A stretch of 64,000 nt of DNA, taken from NCBI GenBank assembly GCA_963674945.2, contig CAXXWQ010000003.1:224001-288000 (forward strand), given 5' to 3'. The notes beneath the pieces are model-generated. The model did no database searches, was not told the origin of the DNA, and worked only from the letters and a program-made list of their open reading frames with translations. This document shows positions 28,587-38,195 of the stretch, piece after piece. Position numbers and translations under genes: made by a program. How positions within the stretch are numbered: the stretch's first letter is position 1; each line of letters opens with the position of its first letter. The DNA comes from an uncultured Desulfosarcina sp. (lineage in GTDB: Bacteria > Desulfobacterota > Desulfobacteria > Desulfobacterales > Desulfosarcinaceae).

Positions 28587-28695
28587 CATCGACGGACACC
28601 ACAATACGCTGCTGACTTCTGGTTTTGCAAAACGTGTTTTTCAGCATGGTACCGTTCATGTAATACTCTTCCCTTTTTATGTTTGAATACAACTA
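28587..28695 (-). pseudogene. Remnant of a DUF1329 gene 5' end (RBS, ATG at 28659 and degenerate signal peptide)
   Basis: Minus strand TTCAAACATAAAAAGGGAAGAGTATTACATGAACGGTACCATGCTGAAAA closely matches 25209-25259 (KREEYY-MNGT.LK.T). Confidence 0.7.
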
Positions 28696-28789
28696 GTAAA
28701 TCTGCAAGTCGGACCGATGTAAACTTCATCATGGGTTCTTCCTTCAAGAGATAAATGCCCATTTATCAAATTGAAATACTAAATCCATT

Positions 28790-29335
28790 TGAAAACCGTG
28801 ATCTTGGTCGGTGTTAAAGATTTAGGAACTCCAAAAAGGCTCAGCACCTCTTCAAGGGCATTGACACAAAGAACAGGTTCCAATAATATATTGGAAGGTT
28901 TTGCGGCTGTGCCAAAACAGGATCGCCACAAGATTCATGATTCCGCGTTCCATGGTAATGTATGTGATATCGTCGGTTGAGGGTCAACCTCGGTAGCAAA
29001 CAGGGATGCGCTTTTTGCTGTGGGCGAGGCCCGGCGGTCTGTGATTTTGGGACAAATTGCTTCCCAATTGCCATCGCATAGTAGACGCTGTACTTTCTTT
29101 TCGATAAACGGTAATGTCTTGACGCTTTCGTTGGCGATGGATCGTTCGACTACCGGAAGATGAGTTTTCAGGCGCAATTCATCAATCTTTCGATGCGTTC
29201 CCAGATCTTCTTTTGTAGACTGTAAGCAATAATCGTACGACGAACGCTTAACAGCCAATATTTTGCATTGCAGGGAAATGGTCCGCTTCAGTTCCTTGGC
29301 TTGAATCATTACTTCGCGTCGTTCTGGGGATAGCT
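28790..29335 (-). pseudogene. Degenerate IS3-family transposase (OrfB) fragment
   Basis: Frameshifted pieces: ISLQCKILAVKRSSYDY, KKVQRLL..EAICPK, STDDITYITMERG..LVAIL.W.SRK, CVNALEEVL..FG.P, IFNTDQ. Confidence 0.75.
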
Positions 29336-29683
29336 GCCGTGAACCGCAACGGAAATCGTGGCGTAATGTATCAACGATCAGGATGAAAATGCCGTTTTTG
29401 AGTTTACACCTGCCGGGATTTTTTTATTTATTGTATTCAGAAGACATCAAGCAGTATGGCTTCAGCGTCAGTTCATTGATCGAAAATGATATCGATTGGC
29501 ACCAGGTATTTCGACAAACTAGGATTAGGATTGAACCTTCAATTTTCCGATACTCTCAAAGGCCGGCTCCCCTTTTTGATTTAAGAGGAGAGTGTATAGC
29601 CATCATATAGCGGGTCGCGACACTGTTTCTTTTGAGCTGTCGTATTCATTGTAATTAAAACATGAAAGAGGGAGGAGAGTTAG

Positions 29684-31060
29684 ATGAACACTACTATGGG
29701 TAGAACTCTATTGTCCATGATGTTGGTAATCCTACTGGTGTGTACGGCAATACCGGCTCTTTCGAAAGTGACGTCTGAAGAGGCAGCGAAACTAAAAGCA
29801 GAATTAAACCCCATGGGAGGCGAACGGGCAGGAAACAGAGAAGGGACCATCCCTGAATGGACCGGCGGGCTTTCCAAGATTCCCGAAGACATAGATTATG
29901 AAGCCAAATCCGGTTTGCCCCACCCGGACCCCTTTGCCGATGACAAAATCCTGTTTACCATTACAGCCCAAAATGTCGACCAGTATAAAGACAAACTATC
30001 TGCTGGTATAGTGAAAATGTTCGCACTATACCCGGAAACTTTCAAGATCCATGTCTATCCAACCAGAAGATCTGCCGCATTCGGTGAAAAATATTATGAG
30101 GGAATGTATAGCAATGCCCTGACGGCGGAAGTGATCGATGAATATGGCAGCGTAACCAATTTCATCAAAGGGTTTCCTTTCCCAATTCCCAAAAGCGGCA
30201 TAGAGGCCATGTGTAATTTTATTTTGAGACCGCATGGTGCGAAAAATATAAAAGGCACTTATGGTGGAGGAATCGTGCAGGGAGACGGAAAATGGTCGAA
30301 AACATTCGCAACTGATTATTTTTTATACAAAATTGACGGCGATGAACCATTTGATCCAGAAGAATATGTCTTTGGAAAAATCGTTGAGATGGATATGCCC
30401 GGTCGTGTCGGCGAATTGTATCTGATGATGGACCCCGCAAACTATACGAAAAACGACGCGATCGGCTGGTCCTATATACCAGGAATGCGTCGGGTACGCC
30501 GGAACCCCAACATGTTTTACGATGGGCTCGATTCTTCCGCCGGCGGCATTGGGTGCAGTGACGAATCGTGGATGTGGAAAGGAAAACTCGACCGGTTTGA
30601 TTGGAAGCTGATCGGGAAAAAAGAGATGTACATCCCCTATAACACTTACAAGGTCGAATTGATTCCCGACACCTGGGATCCGATGCAGACGCCCCATTTT
30701 CCAAACCCGGAATACATACGCTGGGAGCTTCACCGGGTGTGGGAAGTAGAATGTACACTTAAAGAAGGCGCTCGCCATCTTTACGGCAAAAGATATTATT
30801 ATCTGGACGAGGATACTTGGCTGATTGCCGTTATCGACAAATACGACAAGCGAGGAAACCTGTGGCGAATGTCATGGGCACATGGAAAACAATATTATGA
30901 CTTTCCTGTATTCCGTCAGACCCAGTACTATCATTTTGATTTCCAGGTGGAGTTTTATGCACCATTTACTTATTTCAACGGCCTTCCACATGAAGAGTAT
31001 ATAGAAATACCAGACGATTTCTTCTCAGTTCAGAATTTACGAAAATTGGGCAAGAGGTAG
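29684..31060 (+). CDS. DUF1329-family secreted protein, paralog 2
   Basis: 458 aa; clearly paralogous to 25238..26611; GGAGGAG RBS. Confidence 0.88.
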   Translation: MNTTMGRTLLSMMLVILLVCTAIPALSKVTSEEAAKLKAELNPMGGERAGNREGTIPEWTGGLSKIPEDIDYEAKSGLPHPDPFADDKILFTITAQNVDQYKDKLSAGIVKMFALYPETFKIHVYPTRRSAAFGEKYYEGMYSNALTAEVIDEYGSVTNFIKGFPFPIPKSGIEAMCNFILRPHGAKNIKGTYGGGIVQGDGKWSKTFATDYFLYKIDGDEPFDPEEYVFGKIVEMDMPGRVGELYLMMDPANYTKNDAIGWSYIPGMRRVRRNPNMFYDGLDSSAGGIGCSDESWMWKGKLDRFDWKLIGKKEMYIPYNTYKVELIPDTWDPMQTPHFPNPEYIRWELHRVWEVECTLKEGARHLYGKRYYYLDEDTWLIAVIDKYDKRGNLWRMSWAHGKQYYDFPVFRQTQYYHFDFQVEFYAPFTYFNGLPHEEYIEIPDDFFSVQNLRKLGKR

Positions 31061-31090
31061 CAGGACGTGAGAAAGCATGTGAGACACGTA

Positions 31091-31132
31091 TAAAAAGAGA
31101 AGGTCGGTAAAAATACCGACCTTCTCTTTTTA
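31091..31132. terminator. Bidirectional rho-independent terminator between converging DUF1329 genes
   Basis: TAAAAAGAGAAGGTCGGTA-aaaa-TACCGACCTTCTCTTTTTA; homologous to 26645-26683. Confidence 0.8.
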
Positions 31133-31152
31133 CGAACCCAGAGGCTGTCACT

Positions 31153-31318
31153 ATGGAAAAATTCGTATTATATGTATATCCCCACTTTCATATGAAACGA
31201 TTTCAAAACGATTTGGCCCACATGTTATACAGAAAAAAATTGATATTGGTGAAACACTTGGGGATCTTCTAATCCAGATTAACGGACAACAACCAAATCG
31301 CATGGAAGAAAATCTCTT
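31153..31318 (+). pseudogene. Truncated, frameshifted moaD copy
   Basis: MEKFVLYVYP / YETISKRFGPHVIQKKIDIGETLGDLL aligns with the N-terminal half of 26832..27134. Confidence 0.75.
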
Positions 31319-32071
31319 CAACGATAGCGATTACCGCCGGCCCAGTCTTCGCAGATTTTGAACTGTGAAGTAGTCTTCCGGCACCTCTTCGTAACTTTCG
31401 GGAGGTAACCCGTTGACCCATCCATTTGCGACCCAAAAGTCAACCTGGAAATCAAAAAGAAAGTACTGGGCGATTCGGTATACAGGAACGTCGTAATGTT
31501 GTACGCCGGTTGAATATGAGGTTTTCCATAGATTTCCACGCGTATCGTACATGTCCTTGACGCCAATCAGCCATGTGTCTTCATCCTGGTAATAAACCCT
31601 TTTGCCATACATATGCCGAGCACCTTTTTTCAAAGTCGCGACGTTTTCCCATACCCGGTGAAGCTCCCAGCGCATGTATTCCGGATTGGGATGATGTGGT
31701 GTGTGCATAACATCCCAATCCGGAAGCAAGTTAATCTGGTTGTTGTTATACGGTATAAACATCTCTTTTTTCTCTTTTGTTAAAACCCAATCAAACCTGT
31801 CGAGTTTGCCCCTGAACATCCAGCCATCGTCCATGCAGCCAATGCCGCCGCCAGTACTATCGATTCCATCATAAAACATGTTGGGGTTCCGGCGCACCCT
31901 GCGCATTCCCGGTATATAAGAATAGCCGATAGAGTCCTTCGTCTCATAATTCGCCGGGTCTTTCATGAGATAAATTTCGCCCTCGTGACCAGTCATTGTC
32001 ATGTTAATCATCGCCCCAAAGACATAGTCGTATATATCTACTGGTTCATTTAATGGGCTCTCAAGTTTATA

Positions 32072-33822
32072 CCTGAATTTTGCACGCAATTAGCTTTAAT
32101 TGGCCACGGTGGCCAATTTTTTCAAAATGACGAAGAGTTCGTTTTCTACTCTAACACATGATCGTTGCCTTTAGTGTGAAGTATACGGTTTGCACGTGTT
32201 TCGTTTAACTGCCCATATACAAAGGAAATTGTCGTGAAAAAAAATTCTTGCATGATATTTTCCCGAGTTACGCAGACGTTCAACATGCCACTTGTCTCCA
32301 CGGCTTCGGTTTCAATCGCGCTTGATCCAGGAAGTCGAGAAAATGGATCATCGCGGGCGTTCTCGCATCGTGTACGGAGAACTTGACCTTGTCACGGTTT
32401 TGATCTTTGACAACTTTTGCGGCAATGAAAAGCAGCTTCAACCTGGCGATCCGGATTGTATTGGATGCCACCGTTTTTAAATGCGGCATCTTTTTTCTGT
32501 CCTGGCTCATGGCGGCAAGCATCTTGATGTAACGCCAAATGTTATACGACAGCACTACAAGTTGAAAGAACGCATAATTGTTTTTGAACTTTGCTGATGG
32601 GATGGCCTCAAGCCCTTCACGTTTGGCCTCACCCACCAGGTTTTCAACGTCAGCGCGTTTATCATACTTGCTGACCACCTCATGGGCCGGCCCTGAAAGG
32701 TTCGTGCAGAATATCCGGTATGTATAGTTGTCGTCTTCAAAGAGTAGGCATTGCACTTGCTGGTTTGAAGTTGATTTGGCTTTCGGTATACGCATGGCCA
32801 CAAACCGGCACGGGGTATCCCAACCAAGGGGCTGATAGACGCAGCTGTTATACTCAACATCCTTGCGTTTCCAGGGCCGATACCAACCTCTCGGATCAAA
32901 GGGCGGGTCGCATCTCTTGTTGGCGATGATGAAGTCATAGCCGCAGTGTCTTGCAGTCTGGACACTTTCCCAGCTCAGGAACTCTCCATCGGCCCGCAGC
33001 AGGACTTGGCGAACACAACCGGGTAAATGGGATTTTGTCTGGAGGATAAAGGCAGCGGTCTGTTTGCCACTGAGTGTTTCACCTTTTCGAAGCTTTCCGA
33101 TAAGACACTCCCGGGTCTGCTCAATGAAGCACAGCACCGGACGGTAACCTTTCTTTCCCCGGTTTTTGGTGTTATGGCCTTTCCTGCCTCCTTGCTGATT
33201 GCCGTACAGCGTCTCGACGGTGGTGTCGATATCGATGCATATCCGGTAATAATTGAAACCCAGTTGTTGCCACACCCGTTCTCGCAGAATGCTCATGAGC
33301 TTCTGAAGGGACTGGGCTTGGTTAATTCCCAAGCTGTCAAGGTATCGCCAGAAGGTGCTCGACACCGGCAACTTTGTCAGTCGGAAAAATCCACACAGCA
33401 TGGCATCGAGTCGGATGTAGGTAAAATGCCAGATTCTGTTAAAGCCTATAAACAGTAGCATCAGAAGTCCTGCCACCATCGAATAGTGGCCCAGCTTTGG
33501 CTGCCGGACAGGCGCATGATAGGTGGAGTTAAATATTTGTTTGAAATCGATCAAATCGAAAAATTTGATCATCGCTAAAAGCCCGCCAAATGGACTTAGT
33601 TGCTCGCTGCATGTCTCATGCGGCGTAGAAGCGTTGATTTTTCTGGCCTTGGCAGCGTTTTTCTTAAACCCTTTGTTCTTGCGGTTTTTACGGCTTTTTG
33701 ATTTACTTGATTTTACCATCTGGGTACCTCCTGTTTTTATTGTGGAAGCATGTCACCTCCCTTTATAACAGGATTCCCAGATGGTTTCTTCCTTATTTAT
33801 GATTCGTCGTGCAAAATTTAGG
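32072..33822 (-). mobile_element. IS1380-family insertion sequence (1751 bp), distinct from the one at 3070-4725
   Basis: IRs CCTGAATTTTGCACG (32072-32086) and revcomp CCTAAATTTTGCACG (33808-33822), 14/15 match; TSD TTATA at 32067-32071 and 33823-33827. Confidence 0.92.
32280..33719 (-). CDS. IS1380-family DDE transposase
   Basis: IDIDTTV, RADGEF and YDKRADVENLVGEAK motifs. Confidence 0.9.
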   Translation of the reverse strand: MVKSSKSKSRKNRKNKGFKKNAAKARKINASTPHETCSEQLSPFGGLLAMIKFFDLIDFKQIFNSTYHAPVRQPKLGHYSMVAGLLMLLFIGFNRIWHFTYIRLDAMLCGFFRLTKLPVSSTFWRYLDSLGINQAQSLQKLMSILRERVWQQLGFNYYRICIDIDTTVETLYGNQQGGRKGHNTKNRGKKGYRPVLCFIEQTRECLIGKLRKGETLSGKQTAAFILQTKSHLPGCVRQVLLRADGEFLSWESVQTARHCGYDFIIANKRCDPPFDPRGWYRPWKRKDVEYNSCVYQPLGWDTPCRFVAMRIPKAKSTSNQQVQCLLFEDDNYTYRIFCTNLSGPAHEVVSKYDKRADVENLVGEAKREGLEAIPSAKFKNNYAFFQLVVLSYNIWRYIKMLAAMSQDRKKMPHLKTVASNTIRIARLKLLFIAAKVVKDQNRDKVKFSVHDARTPAMIHFLDFLDQARLKPKPWRQVAC

Positions 33823-34866
33823 TTATACATATACACATTCCTTGCACTCATTTCCGTCGATCTACCGTTCGCTTGTATAACCCCGCCGCCCATAGAACAA
33901 ATTATAAATTCTACGCCTACCGGCCTGAGAACAAAATTTATCATGGCTTCGGCACCGCTTTTGGCAATAGGAAACGGAATCCCCTTACAGATATTTTTTA
34001 CGCTGCCATACTCATCGACAATTTCTCCCGTTAGGGCATTTTTATATGTCCCTTCATAATGTTCCTTGGAATATGCAGCGGACCTTCTGGTGGGATAGAT
34101 GTGCATCTTGAAGGTCTCCGGGTATCGTTTGAACAATCTCGCAATACCCGGAGATAGTTTGTCTTTATATTGATCGACATTTTGCGCTGTAATGGTAAAC
34201 AGGATCTTGTCTTCGGCAAACGGATTCGGGATGGGCAAGCCGGATTTGGCCACATAATCTATGCCTTCGGGAATTTTGGAGACTCCGCCGGTCCATTCAG
34301 GGATAGTCCCTTCCTTGTTTCCCGCACGCTCGCCTCCCATGGGATTTAATTCTGTTCTCAGTTTCGCTGCCTCTTCTACAGCCACTTTCGCAAGCGACGG
34401 CATTGCCGGAAACACCAGCAGGATCGCCAACATCCCGGACAATATTGTTCTACATGCGGTATTGTTCATGAAGTTCTCCTTTCCCCTTTTGTAATGACTT
34501 CTTCAAAATGAATAGGACAGTGTAAAGAAAATCGTGTTGCGGCCCGCAAGAAAATGGTCTTTCATTCAGGTTACGTACAATCTTTATGGGTTTTGTTTAA
34601 TTAAATTTTTTGAATAATATTCAGTTCAATGGCGATAGTCTCACGAGCAACGAGCATAGCGCAAAAGGTATGCATCGTTGGATATTTTCTGCGACGCTTT
34701 TCACGGTATTAGTGAACCGTGACAATCAATGGATCGTTAGGTTTTGCTCGTATCTGCTTTGAGTAAAAGACAATTTTCTTCATGAAATGAGAAATTTGGT
34801 TGTTTCACAGACGCCTCATTTTCTTTACAGCGCACATGCTTTCCCTGGTTCCTTTATGGTTGGCTA

Positions 34867-36240
34867 TTACCGCCTGCCCATTTTTCGTAAATTTTGAACT
34901 GAGAAGAAGTCTTCCGGTATATCACCATAAGAAATGGGCGGAAGACCGTTGAAAAAAGTAAATGCGGGATAAAAGTCCACCTGGAAATCAAAATGCCAGT
35001 ACTGGGTCAGATTGAATGCCGGAAGGTCATAAAATTGTGTTCCACAAGCATATGACAGTCGCCACAGGTTTCCGCGCTTATCGTATTTGTCGATAATGGA
35101 AATCAGCCACGAGTCTTCATCCAGATAATAATGTCTTTTACCGTATATATGGCGAGCACCTTCCTTGAGAGTCCCCACGACCTCCCATACCCGATGAAGC
35201 TCCCAACGGATATATTCCGGGTTGGGATGACGGGGTGTCATCATCGGTTCATAGCCAGGAAGCAAGTCGATTTTGTATGTGTTATAGGGGATGTACATCT
35301 CTTTTTTCCCGACAATTTTCCAATCAAACCGGTCTAGTTTGCCCTTCCACATCCACGATCCGTCACTGGTCCCGATGCCACCGGCGGAAGAATCGAGTCC
35401 ATCGTAAAACATGTTGGGGTTCCGGCGCACCCTGCGCATTCCTGGTACATAGGACCATCCGATCGCGTCGTTTTTCGTATAGTCTGCCGGGTCCATCATC
35501 AGATACAATTCACCCACGCGGCCGGCCATTGTCATTTCAACGATATTCCCATAAACATAGCTTTGTGGATCAAATTGTTCATCGCCCTCAATTTTATACA
35601 TAAAATAATCTTTTGCAGATTGATCACTCCATTTACCGTTGCCCTGTACAATGCCTCCTCCTACATAATATGTCCAACATTTTGCGCCGTGCGGTCTTAA
35701 TATGAAATTACACATAACCTCTATGCCGCTTTTGGGGATTGGAAACGGAAACCCTTTGGTAAAATTACGTACACTGCCATATTCGTCGATACACTCTGCC
35801 GTCAAGGCATTGCTATACATTCCTTCATAATATTTTTCGCCGTATGCGGCGGATCTTCTGGAGGGATAGACGTGAATCTTGAAGGTATCCGGGTATATTT
35901 CGAACATCTTCAATATACCCGGGGATAATTTGTCTTTATATTGGTCTACATTCTGCGCTGTAATGGTAAACAGGATCTTGTCTTCGGCATACGGATCCGG
36001 GTGAGGCAATCCGGATTTGACCTCATAATCGATGCTTTCGGGAATTGTTGAAAGTCCGCCGGTCCAGGCAGGGATGGTTCCTTCTTTATTTCCCGCCCGC
36101 TCGCCTCCCATGGGATTGAATTCTGATTTCAGTTTTGCTGCCTCTTCAGACGTCACTTTTGAAAAGGCTGGTGTTGCCGTACCCAACAGTAGAATCACCG
36201 ACATCAAAAAGAATAAGGTTTTACCGATAGTACCGTTCAT
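34867..36240 (-). CDS. DUF1329-family secreted protein, paralog 4
   Basis: 457 aa; same motifs as paralogs 1 and 2; AAGGAG RBS. Confidence 0.88.
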   Translation of the reverse strand: MNGTIGKTLFFLMSVILLLGTATPAFSKVTSEEAAKLKSEFNPMGGERAGNKEGTIPAWTGGLSTIPESIDYEVKSGLPHPDPYAEDKILFTITAQNVDQYKDKLSPGILKMFEIYPDTFKIHVYPSRRSAAYGEKYYEGMYSNALTAECIDEYGSVRNFTKGFPFPIPKSGIEVMCNFILRPHGAKCWTYYVGGGIVQGNGKWSDQSAKDYFMYKIEGDEQFDPQSYVYGNIVEMTMAGRVGELYLMMDPADYTKNDAIGWSYVPGMRRVRRNPNMFYDGLDSSAGGIGTSDGSWMWKGKLDRFDWKIVGKKEMYIPYNTYKIDLLPGYEPMMTPRHPNPEYIRWELHRVWEVVGTLKEGARHIYGKRHYYLDEDSWLISIIDKYDKRGNLWRLSYACGTQFYDLPAFNLTQYWHFDFQVDFYPAFTFFNGLPPISYGDIPEDFFSVQNLRKMGRR

Positions 36241-36714
36241 TCAATACTCCTTTCTTAATCAGCGTAGCAATGGCAGGTCTAACCATCATCATCTTCGTCT
36301 TCATCCATTTTATTTAAGTTTATGCAAAGCGTTCTTCAGCGCACAAACCATAACCCTTCATCGTTCCATCATAATATTGGAAGTTCTAATACATATATAC
36401 GTATTCGCATGATAAGCCGAAAGTCGGCCAATGACTTCTTTTCTCTTTTGATAAGATTCCCGGAGGTGAGTTCTAAAAAATTGATTTTTTATTACTAAAC
36501 TGGCAATTGAATAGCGCAATGTAACCGAAGCAGTATTCGTATAAATCCTTATAAACCGTAGATTCGAAACAAGAACTATAACCTAAGGTTGGTACTCTTA
36601 ATGCTGGCTTAATACTTTTCCCATAACGAATCGGGTGCTTGATTCATCGGAAGGGCCGTTTGAATGAATTACTATTTATATATCAAATATTTTCATGCAC
36701 TGCTCTTATTATCA

Positions 36715-37251
36715 TTATGCCAAGCCATGCTTTTTGAGATGTCGATCGACCGCTTCAAAGTACTCTTCGTGTCCATTAACATATGGTCCTTGCGACCCGA
36801 TTGCTTCTTGGAGGAAGACACCGTAATCGTAGTCAGCGACAAAAGTTTGCCAGTTTGTAATTTCATAATTTTCATTGGTTTCGACAAAACCAGTAGAGTA
36901 AAAACTCCACTCTTCACCGGTATCCACGTGATGTCCGGCGAAATGTGTTCGCATAACGAAACCATTTTCGGATGGCCAGCAGTTGAATTCTTTTGGTGCC
37001 CAATCGGGAAACTTGACTGAATAAGAAAGTGCTTCCATGGTCGCGTAGGTGGCCACATCTACGACCATTCCTCCTAATTTTACAGTATTTTGGCGTCCTC
37101 CGGTAAAATATGGTGACCAGAATATGGCGTCCTCCGCGAACTTCCATTCCTCATATTTTTCTCCATCTTTTACGACTAGACGCTTGTAAGCATCACGGTA
37201 GGCTTCGGCCATTCGTCGATGTTTGGCGACCCGTTCCTCAACCTTTGACAT
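36715..37251 (-). CDS. Hypothetical protein, probable SnoaL/NTF2-like fold
   Basis: 178 aa; GGAGG RBS; FAEDA.F..P and F.ET.E..EI..W pattern typical of NTF2-like proteins. Confidence 0.6.
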   Translation of the reverse strand: MSKVEERVAKHRRMAEAYRDAYKRLVVKDGEKYEEWKFAEDAIFWSPYFTGGRQNTVKLGGMVVDVATYATMEALSYSVKFPDWAPKEFNCWPSENGFVMRTHFAGHHVDTGEEWSFYSTGFVETNENYEITNWQTFVADYDYGVFLQEAIGSQGPYVNGHEEYFEAVDRHLKKHGLA

Positions 37252-37295
37252 AATTTTGCCTCCTTTGACCTTACTCGCTTAGTATATTATATAAA

Positions 37296-38108
37296 TTAAC
37301 ACTCCGGTAATTCCTGACGTAGATTATTGCCCAATAAGGGTTTCAAATTATCTTTTATAAAAACAGGTTTTCCAGCCTTATCCGCACATTTGACGATCGC
37401 CCGGACCCATTCTACCTTCGGGGGCTTATAAGGTTTAGTCTGACTTCCTATGATGATCCAATCCGCTTTCGGAACAATACTCGGGCCGAACGCCGGAGGC
37501 AGTTCCATCACATCCTCGAGCAGGGGCTCGAAGGAGAGGTATTTCAGTTTGGCCTTCACTCTACCACTGAAATAATACCACCATGCGTGATAAGCGGTCC
37601 GTGCGTCGCAAACAGTAGACCCTATCCAACAATTGTCTGGAAAGGGAGAACATTTTGTTAAATTCCACGGCCGCTTGGTAAGAAAATAGAAACGGTGCTG
37701 AGGATTGGATCTGATTGCTTTAAATATCTCCCTTTGCCAGTCATAAGGAATCCATTCGGCAAACATTTCGCACATGTTTCCTACAAAGATACCTTTTGGC
37801 TTCCTTTGCCGATTACGAATTACACGGCCTCTTCTTTCTCCGATACACAACGATTTTTTCCCCCGCATTTCTTTCAGCCGTTCAGGCCAGAAACGAGGAT
37901 AAAAAGGATCGGCCAAATGCTGTCTGCGATTTGGATCATCATTTGAAGGTAAGTTTTTATTCGCCAAGAATCTCGTTTTCAAACGCCCGTTTGCTATCTT
38001 CCGAGCATAGCAGTACGCGCAACCTACAAGGCAGCCGGTTATTGGATTCCAGCTATACCCCTGGCTACCATCCGGATTTTTTACCCATTCGACTTTGGTC
38101 CTGTTCAT
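37296..38108 (-). CDS. DUF5131 (phage Gp37/Gp68-like) radical SAM-like protein
   Basis: TKVEW...SWNPITGCLVGCAYCYA, FLTKRP, SFEPLLE, DWIIIG and PVFIKDNL motifs. Confidence 0.85.
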   Translation of the reverse strand: MNRTKVEWVKNPDGSQGYSWNPITGCLVGCAYCYARKIANGRLKTRFLANKNLPSNDDPNRRQHLADPFYPRFWPERLKEMRGKKSLCIGERRGRVIRNRQRKPKGIFVGNMCEMFAEWIPYDWQREIFKAIRSNPQHRFYFLTKRPWNLTKCSPFPDNCWIGSTVCDARTAYHAWWYYFSGRVKAKLKYLSFEPLLEDVMELPPAFGPSIVPKADWIIIGSQTKPYKPPKVEWVRAIVKCADKAGKPVFIKDNLKPLLGNNLRQELPEC

Positions 38109-38141
38109 TCCTGTTCACAAGTGAAGGGGATGCTATATAGA

Positions 38142-38188
38142 AAGGCAGGTTTGGTTGAATAGTAAATATATTCAACCAAACCTGCCTT
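38142..38188 (-). terminator. Perfect 20-bp hairpin downstream of the corrinoid gene
   Basis: AAGGCAGGTTTGGTTGAATA-gtaaata-TATTCAACCAAACCTGCCTT. Confidence 0.7.
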
Positions 38189-38195
38189 ACTCATT

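Larger units (their letters stand above)
31331..34469 (-). pseudogene. DUF1329-family paralog 3, interrupted by IS1380
   Basis: N-half 34469-33823 and C-half 32066-31331; removing the IS and one TSD restores an in-frame 1383-nt ORF (460 aa, junction NVYMYKLESP). Confidence 0.9.

Noticed and set aside
33753..33822. C-terminal tail of the 238-aa ORF and N-terminal MRAKFR of the 252-aa ORF
   Set aside because: Both are read-through into the IS1380 termini, not native protein sequence
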